From contig OZ219858.1 in NCBI GenBank assembly GCA_964291395.2, forward strand, positions 416,001 to 480,000: 64,000 nt of DNA, written 5' to 3'. The translations under genes and the position numbers were made by a program. This DNA is from Alphaproteobacteria bacterium (GTDB lineage: Bacteria; Pseudomonadota; Alphaproteobacteria; UBA2966). Positions 28,674-37,873 of this stretch are shown one piece after another (the first letter of the stretch is position 1; each line of letters starts with the position of its first letter). Below the pieces are notes generated by a model. The model saw only the letters and a program-made list of their open reading frames with translations, made no database searches and had not been told where the DNA came from.

Positions 28674-28792
28674 CCACATCTCAATTGACAGTCATCCTAT
28701 TGATAAATAGTAAGAAAGATTAGTTATCCAGGTAATGCACAAGCCGTTTCATCCACAGCCTCAAAAAGGGTCCTCGATCCACCGTGGAGCCG

Positions 28793-29532
28793 TCAACGGA
28801 CCGGCGTTCGGAGCGTCTCGGACTCCGCCTCGTGTTCCAGCCTGCCCGTCGCCGACTCGATGCGCTCCTCCAATTCGGCGAGGAACGGCCCCCGCTCGAG
28901 TCCGGGCATGACGCGGGGCAGGAACTCTACGACAATGGTGCCGGGGTTGCGGCGGAGGGAGCGTCTCGGCCAGAACAAGCCCGAATTCAGGGCAGCCGGC
29001 ACGACGGGCAGTTCCAGTCCCCGATAGATGGCGACGACGCCGGACCGATAGGGGACGTGCGTCCCCGGTGCCGTACGGGTCCCTTGCGGGAAGATGATAA
29101 TCGGCTGGCCGCGTTCCTTCGCCCGCCGCGCCGACCAGAGCATGGACCTCAACGCAGCCGCGCCGCCCTTCCGGTCGATGGGGATCATCCCGGCCTTGAG
29201 CGAATACCAGCCATAGAACGGGATCCACAGCAGTTCGCGTTTCATCACCACCGCCGGATCGTCGACGATCACGTGCCAGATCAGCGTGTCCCAGGCCGAC
29301 TGGTGCTTCGATGCGACGATGATCGGGGGCTCCCCGAGGTTCTCGCGCCCGCGCACATCGAGCGTGATGCCGACGACGCAGCGCATCAACCACAACACGC
29401 CTTTCGCCCAGAAGGTCTGACAGCGAACGGTAACCAACCGGTCGAACGCGAGAATCGGCATGCAGACGACGAGCATGAACGCCGTCCAGGCATAAAAGCG
29501 AGATTGAAGACGATCGAACGGATAGCGATCAC
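28793..29532 (-). CDS. plsC: 1-acyl-sn-glycerol-3-phosphate acyltransferase, frameshifted near 29495
   Basis: KHQSAWDT and FPQGTR motifs. The N-terminus VIAIRSIVFNLAF (GTGA overlap with ydcF) joins YAWTAFMLVV only if one T is added to a T4 run. Confidence 0.88.
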
Positions 29533-30161
29533 GTGCCTGACCCGTCGCTGTCTTGCGGATCGTCCATGATCCGGGTCCAGGCCAGACTCATCAGGTACTT
29601 GCTGTACTCGGTCGCGACCAGGCTTGCGGTCCCCGGCCAGCGCCACCACTGCGAAAGCTTGACGTGGGTCGGAAATACAGGATGAGCGATGAGGACGGCT
29701 CCCGGCATGGCGCGGCGAAACTCGAGCAGGCTGCGCGGCATGTGATAGGCGCCCGTCACCACCCGGAGCGATCGATAGCCCTCCTCGGCGGCCCAGCGCG
29801 AGGTCTCCGAGGCGTTGCCGGCCGTATTCTTCGCGGACCTGCCGAGCACCACGCAGCACTCGAACATCTCGGGCTCTCGCTCAAGGAGCCGTTGCAACTG
29901 GGTCACCGACGTCAGCCGGTGCACGCCGGAAACGAACAATTTCCTGGCCTTGCCGGCGGCCAGGATGTCCAGTCCGGAAGCGAGCCGGTCGCTGCCTCCC
30001 GTGAGAACGACGACGCCATCCGTCACCCGCGCGGAGTCCTCGACGTCGTGAGGAAGCCCCGCAGCGAACCACATGAGTCCACCCGCCCAGACCAGGGCGG
30101 CCGAGATGACGGTCATCGCCGCGGTCCGCATCGTCGACCACCGCCGCCCGCGCGATCTCAT
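29529..30161 (-). CDS. YdcF/DUF218 (ElyC-like) envelope protein
   Basis: VVLTGG..R, NT.GNA.E and VT..YHMPRS motifs. Confidence 0.88.
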   Translation of the reverse strand: MRSRGRRWSTMRTAAMTVISAALVWAGGLMWFAAGLPHDVEDSARVTDGVVVLTGGSDRLASGLDILAAGKARKLFVSGVHRLTSVTQLQRLLEREPEMFECCVVLGRSAKNTAGNASETSRWAAEEGYRSLRVVTGAYHMPRSLLEFRRAMPGAVLIAHPVFPTHVKLSQWWRWPGTASLVATEYSKYLMSLAWTRIMDDPQDSDGSGT

Positions 30162-30703
30162 CGCTCGCCGTCCAGCAGTGCGTCGACGGCGCCACGCAGG
30201 TTCTCGTAGACCGCCACCGGCAGGACGTCTTCCGGCAGGCCTTCCGCCTGAGTCGCGGCGCCGTTGCCCGTGCGGACGAGGATTCGGCGGCAGCCCGCGG
30301 ACGCAGCGGCCTGAAGGTCCCGAAGGGAATCCCCGATCATCGGTGTCTCGCCGGCCACCGCGCGATAACGGGACAACGCCTCACGCAGCATGCCGGCGCC
30401 GGGCTTGCGGCGCTCCGTAGCCGCCCCGGGCGCGTCGGTGCAGAAAAAGATGTCGTCAAGCCGGCCGCCCGCTCTCGCGAGCTCATCCCTCAGCACGTCG
30501 TGGATCCGATCGAGCATTTCCCGGGAGATGATGCCCCGGCCGACCACCGACTGATTGGTGATCAGCACGACTTTGTGACCTGCTGCGTTCAAGTCGGCAA
30601 CAGCCTCTGCGGACCCGTCGATCATCACCAGTTCGCCGGGCGACTTGACATGGTCGTCGCGATCCTCGTTGAGCACGCCGTCGCGGTCCATCAGTACGAG
30701 CAT
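30158..30703 (-). CDS. gmhB: D-glycero-D-manno-heptose 1,7-bisphosphate phosphatase-like HAD-IIIA enzyme
   Basis: DRDGVLN, TNQS, RKPG.GM, IGD..RD and VRTGNG motifs. Confidence 0.85.
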   Translation of the reverse strand: MLVLMDRDGVLNEDRDDHVKSPGELVMIDGSAEAVADLNAAGHKVVLITNQSVVGRGIISREMLDRIHDVLRDELARAGGRLDDIFFCTDAPGAATERRKPGAGMLREALSRYRAVAGETPMIGDSLRDLQAAASAGCRRILVRTGNGAATQAEGLPEDVLPVAVYENLRGAVDALLDGER

Positions 30704-30726
30704 GGCGTCCCCGCGATGATATATGG

Positions 30727-31614
30727 CTAAGGCATCCGCGCGAGAAACCGCATCACCGTGACGCGCGCGGTAATCGACGCGATGGCGGCGCCGGCAAGCG
30801 GCAGAGCGGCGAGGCCGGCCAGGAACGGCGGGTGCAGCCGTACCGCCGGCAGCAGGGAGCCTTCGAGATCGCGAGCGGGCAGCCAGAGGACCGCCACCGT
30901 GATCCCGGCGAGCAACAGGCCGAGCGTGCCGCCCCACAGCGCCATAAACACCGCCCTCCCCTGGAATTGGCGCGCGATGTAGGCGTCACGGGCGCCGATC
31001 AGGTGCAGCACCTCGATCACGTCGCGCTGGACGGCAAGACCGGTCCGCGTCGCAAACACGACCGTGGCGGCGGCGGCGAGCGCGATCAGCGCCACGATCA
31101 GGATGGCGATCAGTTCGGACGTGCGCGCCAGGCGCAGCACCTTCTGCAGCCAGACCTTGTGATCCTCGATCCGCGACCCGGGCACCGCGGTTCCCAGACG
31201 TTCGGCCAGACCCGCGAGATCCGCATCGCCGTTGCGGTTCAGCGCGACGTCGATCAGCCGCGGGATCGGAAGGCCCATGGAGAGCAGGTCCTTGCCGAGC
31301 CAGGGCTCGACGAGGCCGGCGACGTCGGCCTCAGCCATGGGTGTCGCGGACAGCACGCCCGGGGTCGCCAGGATGACGCTCAGCGCGGCCTCGACCCGCG
31401 CGTCGATTTCCGCATCGCCGCCCCCGACGAAGGGATCGACGACCACAGTGACGGAGCCTTGGAGACCCGCGCGCCAACGGTCGATGATCTGCTCCAGAAC
31501 CATGGTGGCGGAGAGCGCCAGCCCGGACAGATAAACCATCAGCGCGATGATCCAGGGAAGAAAGCGGCTCGCGCCATCCCGGCCCGGAGCGAGGTCGACG
31601 TACCGGGCGAACAT
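30727..31614 (-). CDS. ftsX: Cell division permease FtsX
   Basis: LVEPWLG, LPIPRLI and LHLIGARD.YIARQF motifs; downstream of ftsE. Confidence 0.9.
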   Translation of the reverse strand: MFARYVDLAPGRDGASRFLPWIIALMVYLSGLALSATMVLEQIIDRWRAGLQGSVTVVVDPFVGGGDAEIDARVEAALSVILATPGVLSATPMAEADVAGLVEPWLGKDLLSMGLPIPRLIDVALNRNGDADLAGLAERLGTAVPGSRIEDHKVWLQKVLRLARTSELIAILIVALIALAAAATVVFATRTGLAVQRDVIEVLHLIGARDAYIARQFQGRAVFMALWGGTLGLLLAGITVAVLWLPARDLEGSLLPAVRLHPPFLAGLAALPLAGAAIASITARVTVMRFLARMP

Positions 31615-32313
31615 CTACTTCCCCCCCTTGGCGACGTCCCGGCGGACCGACAACGTTCCCTGCTCGATGTGCAGAACGGGATGCCTGTAGCGCTCGACGA
31701 TCGTTCGGTCATGCGTGGCCAGCACCACCGTGGTGCCGATCTTGTTGAGCTCTTCGAACAGGCGAAGGATGCGGCTTCCCTGTTCCCCATCGACGCTGCC
31801 CGTGGGCTCGTCCGCGAGCAGCAGACGGGGCCGGCTGATCACCGCGCGCGCGATGGCGACCCGCTGCTTCTCGCCGTCGGACAGCGTCCGGGGCCGCGCA
31901 TCGAGATATTCCCCGAGGCCGACCCAGGTCAGGAGCTCCGCCACGTGTTCCCGGATCGTATCCCGGCGGGCTCCGGCGATCCGCAACGGCAGCGCGACGT
32001 TGTCCAGGGCCGAGAGATGATCGAGGAGCCGGAAGTTCTGAAAGACCACGCCGATGCGGCGGCGAAGATCCGGCAGTTCATCGCGTGGTGTCGACGCCAC
32101 GTCATGGTCGAAGATCGAGACCGAACCGCGCGAGGGCTGGTGGGCGAGATACATCAAGCGCAGCAAGGACGTCTTCCCCGCGCCGCTCGGACCGGTCAGG
32201 AAATGGTAGGAACCGGGCCCCAAATGAAAGGTGATGTCGCGCAGCACTTCGGGTTCGTCCCCGTAGCGCATGCCGACATTCTCGAAACGGACCAAACGGT
32301 TCGCTCCCGCCAT
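31615..32313 (-). CDS. ftsE: Cell division ATP-binding protein FtsE
   Basis: VRFENVGMRY, GPSGAGKT, RRRIGVVFQ and LLADEPTG motifs. Confidence 0.93.
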   Translation of the reverse strand: MAGANRLVRFENVGMRYGDEPEVLRDITFHLGPGSYHFLTGPSGAGKTSLLRLMYLAHQPSRGSVSIFDHDVASTPRDELPDLRRRIGVVFQNFRLLDHLSALDNVALPLRIAGARRDTIREHVAELLTWVGLGEYLDARPRTLSDGEKQRVAIARAVISRPRLLLADEPTGSVDGEQGSRILRLFEELNKIGTTVVLATHDRTIVERYRHPVLHIEQGTLSVRRDVAKGGK

Positions 32314-32447
32314 ACGTGAACGGATCCGGCAATCGCCAGAAAGTGAAGGATTCCATAGGGCTAGCCCGGCGTCCAGTGGTGTCCGAGCGACCTTGCCCGG
32401 CATTCTGCAAACCCCTATAACGACTTCCGCGACCGCGGGATTGTAGA

Positions 32448-33308
32448 ATGATACTGACCTGCCCCTCGTGTGAGGCCCGCTTCAACGTCGACCCCGAAGC
32501 TTTGCTGCCGAACGGGCGCACCGTTCGTTGCGGCAAGTGCGGCTACACCTGGAGGGAGACGCCGCCCGAGGACATGCCGAAGCGGGTCGAGGAGATCGAG
32601 CCACCGGCGCCGGTCGTTCCCGAACCGGACGATATCGACAGCCATCCCGAATACGGGAACGTCGGTGACGACGCCATCCGCAGCGGGGACGACCGCACCG
32701 GCGTCCCCGGCATCGAGGGCGGCGCGAACGAGGCGCGGAGCGAGGACGATTTCGAACTCTCCGACCACACGCCTCGGACGCGCAGCCGGCGCCGGCAACG
32801 CCGGACCAGGGGCCTCGGGCCGATGGTCACGTGGAGCGCGATCGTCGGCATCATCGCGATCATCTTCGGGGGCGGCTTCTTCGCCCGCGACGAGATCATC
32901 GATACGTGGCCGCCGGCGACGATGCTCTACGGGCTGGTCGGTCTTGCCCCCGAACCCGGTTTCGGGCTCGAGCTCGACACCGAGGATCCGATCCTGGCGC
33001 GCGACGGCGACATGGCTGTTCTCGTCATCAAAGGCGAAGTCGTGAACACCTCATCCCGTCCCCGCACCGTGCCCAAGCTGCAGGGAAGTCTACAGGACGC
33101 CGACCAGAACGAGATCCACAGGTGGACATTCTCGGCGGTCCCCGAGGAACTGGCGCCCGGCGAGAGAGGGACGTTCAACACGCGGGTGCCGAACCCTCCG
33201 GAAGGCGTACGGAGAGCCCCAGTCACCTTCGTCGAAGGCCAAGGAGGCCTGCGTGCTTGGACGGGCCGTCCCACGCCCGACGCAACTTCGGGGAAATCCT
33301 CCAAGTGA
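32448..33308 (+). CDS. Zinc-ribbon (MJ0042-type) membrane protein with DUF3426-like C-terminus
   Basis: CPSC...GRTVRCGKC..W, acidic linker, one TM segment. Confidence 0.85.
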   Translation: MILTCPSCEARFNVDPEALLPNGRTVRCGKCGYTWRETPPEDMPKRVEEIEPPAPVVPEPDDIDSHPEYGNVGDDAIRSGDDRTGVPGIEGGANEARSEDDFELSDHTPRTRSRRRQRRTRGLGPMVTWSAIVGIIAIIFGGGFFARDEIIDTWPPATMLYGLVGLAPEPGFGLELDTEDPILARDGDMAVLVIKGEVVNTSSRPRTVPKLQGSLQDADQNEIHRWTFSAVPEELAPGERGTFNTRVPNPPEGVRRAPVTFVEGQGGLRAWTGRPTPDATSGKSSK

Positions 33309-33853
33309 CTCCGCCTTCGGGCGAAGTGCGTACGCTCTTCAGCGAGACGGAGATTTCGGCGCGCGTCGATCGGATCGCCCGGGACGTCGCCGACCGGATT
33401 GGAGCCGACCTCCTGGTAGTCGCGATCCTCAAGGGAAGCTTCGTATTCACGGCCGACCTCATCCGGGCGCTCCACCGCGCCGGGGTGCGGCCCCAGATCG
33501 ACTTCATGCAGCTCGCAAGCTATGGCATGGGCACGGAAAGCTCCGGGCAGATCGAGGTGGTCCGCGACCTCACCGACCCGGTGGAAGGGCGCGACGTTCT
33601 GCTCGTCGACGATATCCTCGATTCGGGCCGCACCCTGTCCTTCGCCCGGGACCGGCTGCTGCGGACCGGCGCGCGCCGGGTGCAACTCTGCGTGCTCCTC
33701 GACAAGCAGGCCCGACGGGTGCAGCAGGTCGACGCAGACTTCGTCGGCTTCGAGTGTCCCGACGAATTCATCGTCGGCTACGGTCTGGACCACGCCAACT
33801 TCTACCGGGAACTGCCTTTCATCGGCGTCCTCGAAGACCCCCCGCAGGTGTGA
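33305..33853 (+). CDS. hpt: Hypoxanthine phosphoribosyltransferase
   Basis: LKGSF.F.ADL, VLLVDDILDSG and FIVGYGLD motifs; GTGA overlap. Confidence 0.93.
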   Translation: MTPPSGEVRTLFSETEISARVDRIARDVADRIGADLLVVAILKGSFVFTADLIRALHRAGVRPQIDFMQLASYGMGTESSGQIEVVRDLTDPVEGRDVLLVDDILDSGRTLSFARDRLLRTGARRVQLCVLLDKQARRVQQVDADFVGFECPDEFIVGYGLDHANFYRELPFIGVLEDPPQV

Positions 33854-33927
33854 GAGCGACGGCCCGACATCGGTTCAGGGGCGGAACCGCCCTCCCTCTC
33901 CATCATGTGGAAGTCCTTGATGTGCCC

Positions 33928-36372
33928 CTAGAACCGCTTGAGCAGCCGGTCGATGTAGTCGAGTTCGGGCGGCGGCCGGGTCCGCTGGCCGGCACGCCGG
34001 TGCAGCTCGTCGAGAATTTCCCTGGCCTTCTGCAACGACGCCTTGTCGGGGACCTTGACGTTGTCGCCGGTGTCGATCCCCGCGCCCGGCATGGGCCGGC
34101 CCAAGGGATCGACGTCGTCGCCGCCCATGGGCCCATCGTCCATGCCGATATCGCTCAGCATCTGCTGCATGATCGCCCCGGCACCCGCCCGCAATGACTC
34201 CAATGCGTTGGTCTGAGGACCGATCGCCTGATCGTTGCGGTTGCGCACCAGCGCCTCCCGTGCCGCCCGCATCGACAACTCACCTTCGCCGAGTGCCTCG
34301 GGGATGTCTCCGCCGTTCTCCCCGAGCCGCCGCATGATCTCGCCCAGCATGCGGCGCAACGCCTCCTGAACGCCGGCATCCGCCCGCGCATCCGGCATGG
34401 GTTGCCGCCCGCGCCGTCCCGGGCCTTGCATGTCGCGCTGAGCCCGCCGAAAGCTCCGATCCAGGAGTTGCTGCTGGCGCAGCATCAGCTCGCCGAGGTC
34501 GCGAAGATTCCGCTGACCCTGCCGCTGAGCTTCCCGCTGCTGACTGGACATGACCCCGGCGCGGAGATTCTCGAGGATGTCGCGGAGCTGCGACAGCAGC
34601 TCCCGCGCCGCCTCCTTGGAACCCATGCGACTCAACTCGCGGGCCCGGTCCAGCAGGCGTTGCAGGTCATCGCGGCTGAGCGACAGGATATCGCTCTCGA
34701 TCGCCTGGAGCCCTGCAGTGTCTTCCGCCGCCTGAAGAGCCTGTTGCGCCAGCGCCTGCAGATATCGGTCGAGCGCCTCCTGAAGTTCGTTCATCAGACG
34801 CTCGATCTCATGGGGCGGCGCATCCCGGGCCAACGCTTCGAGCAGCGCCTGCTCCAGCATGCGGACTTCGCGCTCGGCAATGGAGAGCGCGCCGTCCTCG
34901 ATGCGCAGCGCCGTATCCCAAAGCATCTGCCGCACGTCGTTCACGACGGCGTCCCCGCCGGCGCGCTCCAACCGCCGGCGCGCCGAGTTCAGCGTGAGGA
35001 AGGCGACGTAGTCGTCGTAGTAGTCGCCGGGGGCCGCCGCGATTGCACCGAGCGCCCGGGCGATGTCCTGGCGGGCCCCGGGCTCCGAGGCGAGGCGCTT
35101 GCGCTGCTCGATAATGGCCTTGGCCACCGGATGCCTGAACCGCCGCTCGGGCAGTGTGATGTCGAACGTTTCGCTGAACCCGGACTGCCCCATCTGATCT
35201 TCGGCGCGCAGGCGCACATGCACGGGCAGCCCCGCCCAGGCGTGGGGCGTCAGATCCTGGTACACGGTATCGTTGGAGGTCCTGACATTGGGGCCGGAAA
35301 GGACAAACTCGATCTCTTCCAACTTGTCGGTCCCGGCCAGGCGAATCTCCAGCTTCACGGCAGCCAAGCCGTAATCGTCGTCGGCGCTGTAATCGATCCT
35401 GAGAGCCGCGCGTTGAGTTTCGACGGGAAGCCCGTTGAAGGCGATCGTCGGGGCCAGATCCAGCACGGTATCCAGCCTCCAGGCACCGAGTTCCTGATCC
35501 GACTGGCTGATGACCATATGCCGCGCGGAACCGATGGCCGTCCGAAGTTCATAGACATCCGCTTCGACCATGGTGAAGGGAACCGCGCGTTGATCGAGGC
35601 TGAGGGCCGGCAGACCCCTGCCGCCGTTGACCTTCGCAAGAAGCTCGCTGCCCGCGGGAACCTGGATGGTCTCCAAGGACCTCGGCGTCTCGGGCGCCTC
35701 CGGGTCCGCGGGCTCCGGCTGCTTGAGCAGGACCGGCGGGAGCCCGGTATACGTGGGCGGCGCGACCCAGGCCTCGACAGTGGCGGCGACGACTCGTTCG
35801 TCGGCGAAACTGGGCGCCACGCCCGACGCCAGGCGCTGCCAGGACTCGCCGCCCGCCACCGAGCCTCCGACGACCACCAGCAGAGCGACGGCAGCGCGCA
35901 GCGCCCGCGCGTCGAACCGGGCCAAACCGGGACTGGGAAAGCCGATGCGAAGCCTGCGAACGCTGGCGAGCGCGCGGCGGCGGTGAAGGCGCCAAAGTTC
36001 CCGCGTGCCTTCATCGTTGCCGGCCGTCGCCAGGGTGTCTTCGAGGGTGGTCAGCGGCCGGTGAAGCAATTCGCTCTGCGTCTCGAGGCGCCGCCGGGCG
36101 TCTTCGCTATCGGGCATCGACAGGCCGGACAGTCCACGCCACAGCGCCCCGCCAACGGCACCGGCGAACGCGAGCAGGGCGACGACGTGGACCCAGCCGC
36201 TGACCAAGGCCCAGACGTCCAACAGGGACAGCGCGATGAACAGACCGGCGACTCCCGCGGCGGGCCACAGCGCAAGCCACAACCGCTCCCAGAGCAACAC
36301 GATGCGGGTGATCAGGAACTTGCGTCGGAGCGCGCGAACGACGGCCGACGCGCGGATTTCGCGTCGTTTCAT
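33928..36372 (-). CDS. TIGR02302/DUF4175 family membrane-anchored coiled-coil protein
   Basis: LLWERLW, HRPL, W..PP.YTGLPP, DDYGL, HAWAG, DPLGR and ELDYIDRLL motifs; downstream of lysA. Confidence 0.88.
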   Translation of the reverse strand: MKRREIRASAVVRALRRKFLITRIVLLWERLWLALWPAAGVAGLFIALSLLDVWALVSGWVHVVALLAFAGAVGGALWRGLSGLSMPDSEDARRRLETQSELLHRPLTTLEDTLATAGNDEGTRELWRLHRRRALASVRRLRIGFPSPGLARFDARALRAAVALLVVVGGSVAGGESWQRLASGVAPSFADERVVAATVEAWVAPPTYTGLPPVLLKQPEPADPEAPETPRSLETIQVPAGSELLAKVNGGRGLPALSLDQRAVPFTMVEADVYELRTAIGSARHMVISQSDQELGAWRLDTVLDLAPTIAFNGLPVETQRAALRIDYSADDDYGLAAVKLEIRLAGTDKLEEIEFVLSGPNVRTSNDTVYQDLTPHAWAGLPVHVRLRAEDQMGQSGFSETFDITLPERRFRHPVAKAIIEQRKRLASEPGARQDIARALGAIAAAPGDYYDDYVAFLTLNSARRRLERAGGDAVVNDVRQMLWDTALRIEDGALSIAEREVRMLEQALLEALARDAPPHEIERLMNELQEALDRYLQALAQQALQAAEDTAGLQAIESDILSLSRDDLQRLLDRARELSRMGSKEAARELLSQLRDILENLRAGVMSSQQREAQRQGQRNLRDLGELMLRQQQLLDRSFRRAQRDMQGPGRRGRQPMPDARADAGVQEALRRMLGEIMRRLGENGGDIPEALGEGELSMRAAREALVRNRNDQAIGPQTNALESLRAGAGAIMQQMLSDIGMDDGPMGGDDVDPLGRPMPGAGIDTGDNVKVPDKASLQKAREILDELHRRAGQRTRPPPELDYIDRLLKRF

Positions 36373-37664
36373 GCCGCGCCCCGTTCCCGGTCGGCGCCGA
36401 AGCCGCCGAGCCATGAGGGTATCCGCTCCAGACTAAGCATTTCAGCCATGGTCTGGTGCCTGCGCACGATCTCGAACACATCGCCGTTGACCAGAACCTC
36501 GGCGGCCAGCGGTCGGCCGTTGTAGTTCGACGACATGACGGCACCGTAGGCGCCTGCGGTGCGGATCACCAGCAGATCGTCCGTGACGAGCGGCGGCATG
36601 GGACGGTCTCGTGCGAATACGTCGCCTGATTCACAGATCGGGCCGACGATGTCCATGGGCAGGGACTCCGCATCCGCAGCCGGTTCCCGCGCCGGCAGGA
36701 TCGCGTGACGCGCGTTGTAGAGACTGGGTCGCAGCAGATCGTTCATGGCCGCGTCGAGCACCGTGAAGGTGCGGCCCGCGGAATTCTTGACGTAGAGCAC
36801 GCGGCTCACCAGCACGCCAGCGTTGCCGACGATGACCCGGCCCGGCTCGAACACGAGCTCGCAGCCGATACCCGACGTGACCTTCCGAACCATCTCGCCG
36901 TATTCGGCAGGGCTCGGCGGCGTCTCACTTTCGTACGGCACGCCGAGGCCGCCGCCCAGATCGAGGCGGCGGATGTCGTGGCCGTCGGCGCGCAGCCGGC
37001 CGACGATATCCACGATCCTTCCGAATGCCGTCTCGAAGGGCCGGAGCGTCGTGATCTGAGAACCGATATGGACCGCCACGCCGATGATCTCGATACCGGG
37101 CAGCGCGGCGCCACGGGCGTAGACGTCGCGGGCTTCGGGCCAGGGAATGCCGAACTTGTCCTTGTGCCGACCGGTAGAGATCTTTTTGTGCGTCTTCGCA
37201 TCGACGTCCGGATTGACCCGGACGGCGACCCGGGCGGTGACACCCGACGCGGCGGCGAGCCCGGACAGCAGCTCGAGCTCCTCTGCCGACTCGATATTGA
37301 ACTGGCCGATGCGGGCGTCGAGGGCGAGGGTCAGCTCGTTCCGGCTCTTGCCCACGCCCGAGAAGACGACGTGTTCAGGCGCGATACCCGCGGTCAGTGC
37401 GCGCTCCAGTTCGCCGCCCGAGACCACGTCGGCGCCCGCGCCGAGTTGGGCGAGGGTGCGGATGACGGCGAGATTGGCGTTGGCCTTGACGGCATAGCAG
37501 ATAGTCGCGTCAACGCCCGCGAGCGCATCGCTGAACACGCTGTAGTGGCGCCGCAGGGTCGCCGTCGAATAGCAGAAGAACGGAGTCCCCACCTCCGCCG
37601 CAATCCGGGCGACCGGTACGTCTTCGGCGTGAAGCTCGCCGTCGCGGTACGCGAAGTGGTCCAT
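36369..37664 (-). CDS. lysA: Diaminopimelate decarboxylase
   Basis: YAVKAN, DVVSGGE, HIGSQ, EPGR and GPICESGD motifs. Confidence 0.96.
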   Translation of the reverse strand: MDHFAYRDGELHAEDVPVARIAAEVGTPFFCYSTATLRRHYSVFSDALAGVDATICYAVKANANLAVIRTLAQLGAGADVVSGGELERALTAGIAPEHVVFSGVGKSRNELTLALDARIGQFNIESAEELELLSGLAAASGVTARVAVRVNPDVDAKTHKKISTGRHKDKFGIPWPEARDVYARGAALPGIEIIGVAVHIGSQITTLRPFETAFGRIVDIVGRLRADGHDIRRLDLGGGLGVPYESETPPSPAEYGEMVRKVTSGIGCELVFEPGRVIVGNAGVLVSRVLYVKNSAGRTFTVLDAAMNDLLRPSLYNARHAILPAREPAADAESLPMDIVGPICESGDVFARDRPMPPLVTDDLLVIRTAGAYGAVMSSNYNGRPLAAEVLVNGDVFEIVRRHQTMAEMLSLERIPSWLGGFGADRERGAA

Positions 37665-37732
37665 GATGCAAGCGGCTCGCAGGCTTCGTCCCGTTCCTCG
37701 GCCGTCAGCATGGGGCAAAGGTGGGAATTCGT

Positions 37733-37873
37733 CTAACGCCTTTTTGTCTCTTCCTTCTCGGGCGGCGGTTCCAGCTCGCCCTTCTTGCCGCACGCGGACA
37801 GCGTGCCGGCGGCGCCGACGGCGATGATCAGGGCCGCGAGGAGCAGGAGCCCCCGCGTCGGACGCCGGCTCAT
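37733..37873 (-). CDS. Small lipoprotein (LppL/LptM-like)
   Basis: MSRR...[13 protein letters not shown] lipobox, in the conserved argH-lipoprotein-lysA position. Confidence 0.85.
   Translation of the reverse strand: MSRRPTRGLLLLAALIIAVGAAGTLSACGKKGELEPPPEKEETKRR

Noticed and set aside
26361-28688. Long antisense ORFs (775 aa opposite nrdJ; similar ones opposite hisC, TIGR02302, etf/pduO and mcd)
   Set aside because: Shadow ORFs expected from high-GC codon bias; no recognisable motifs, and they overlap well-supported genes.
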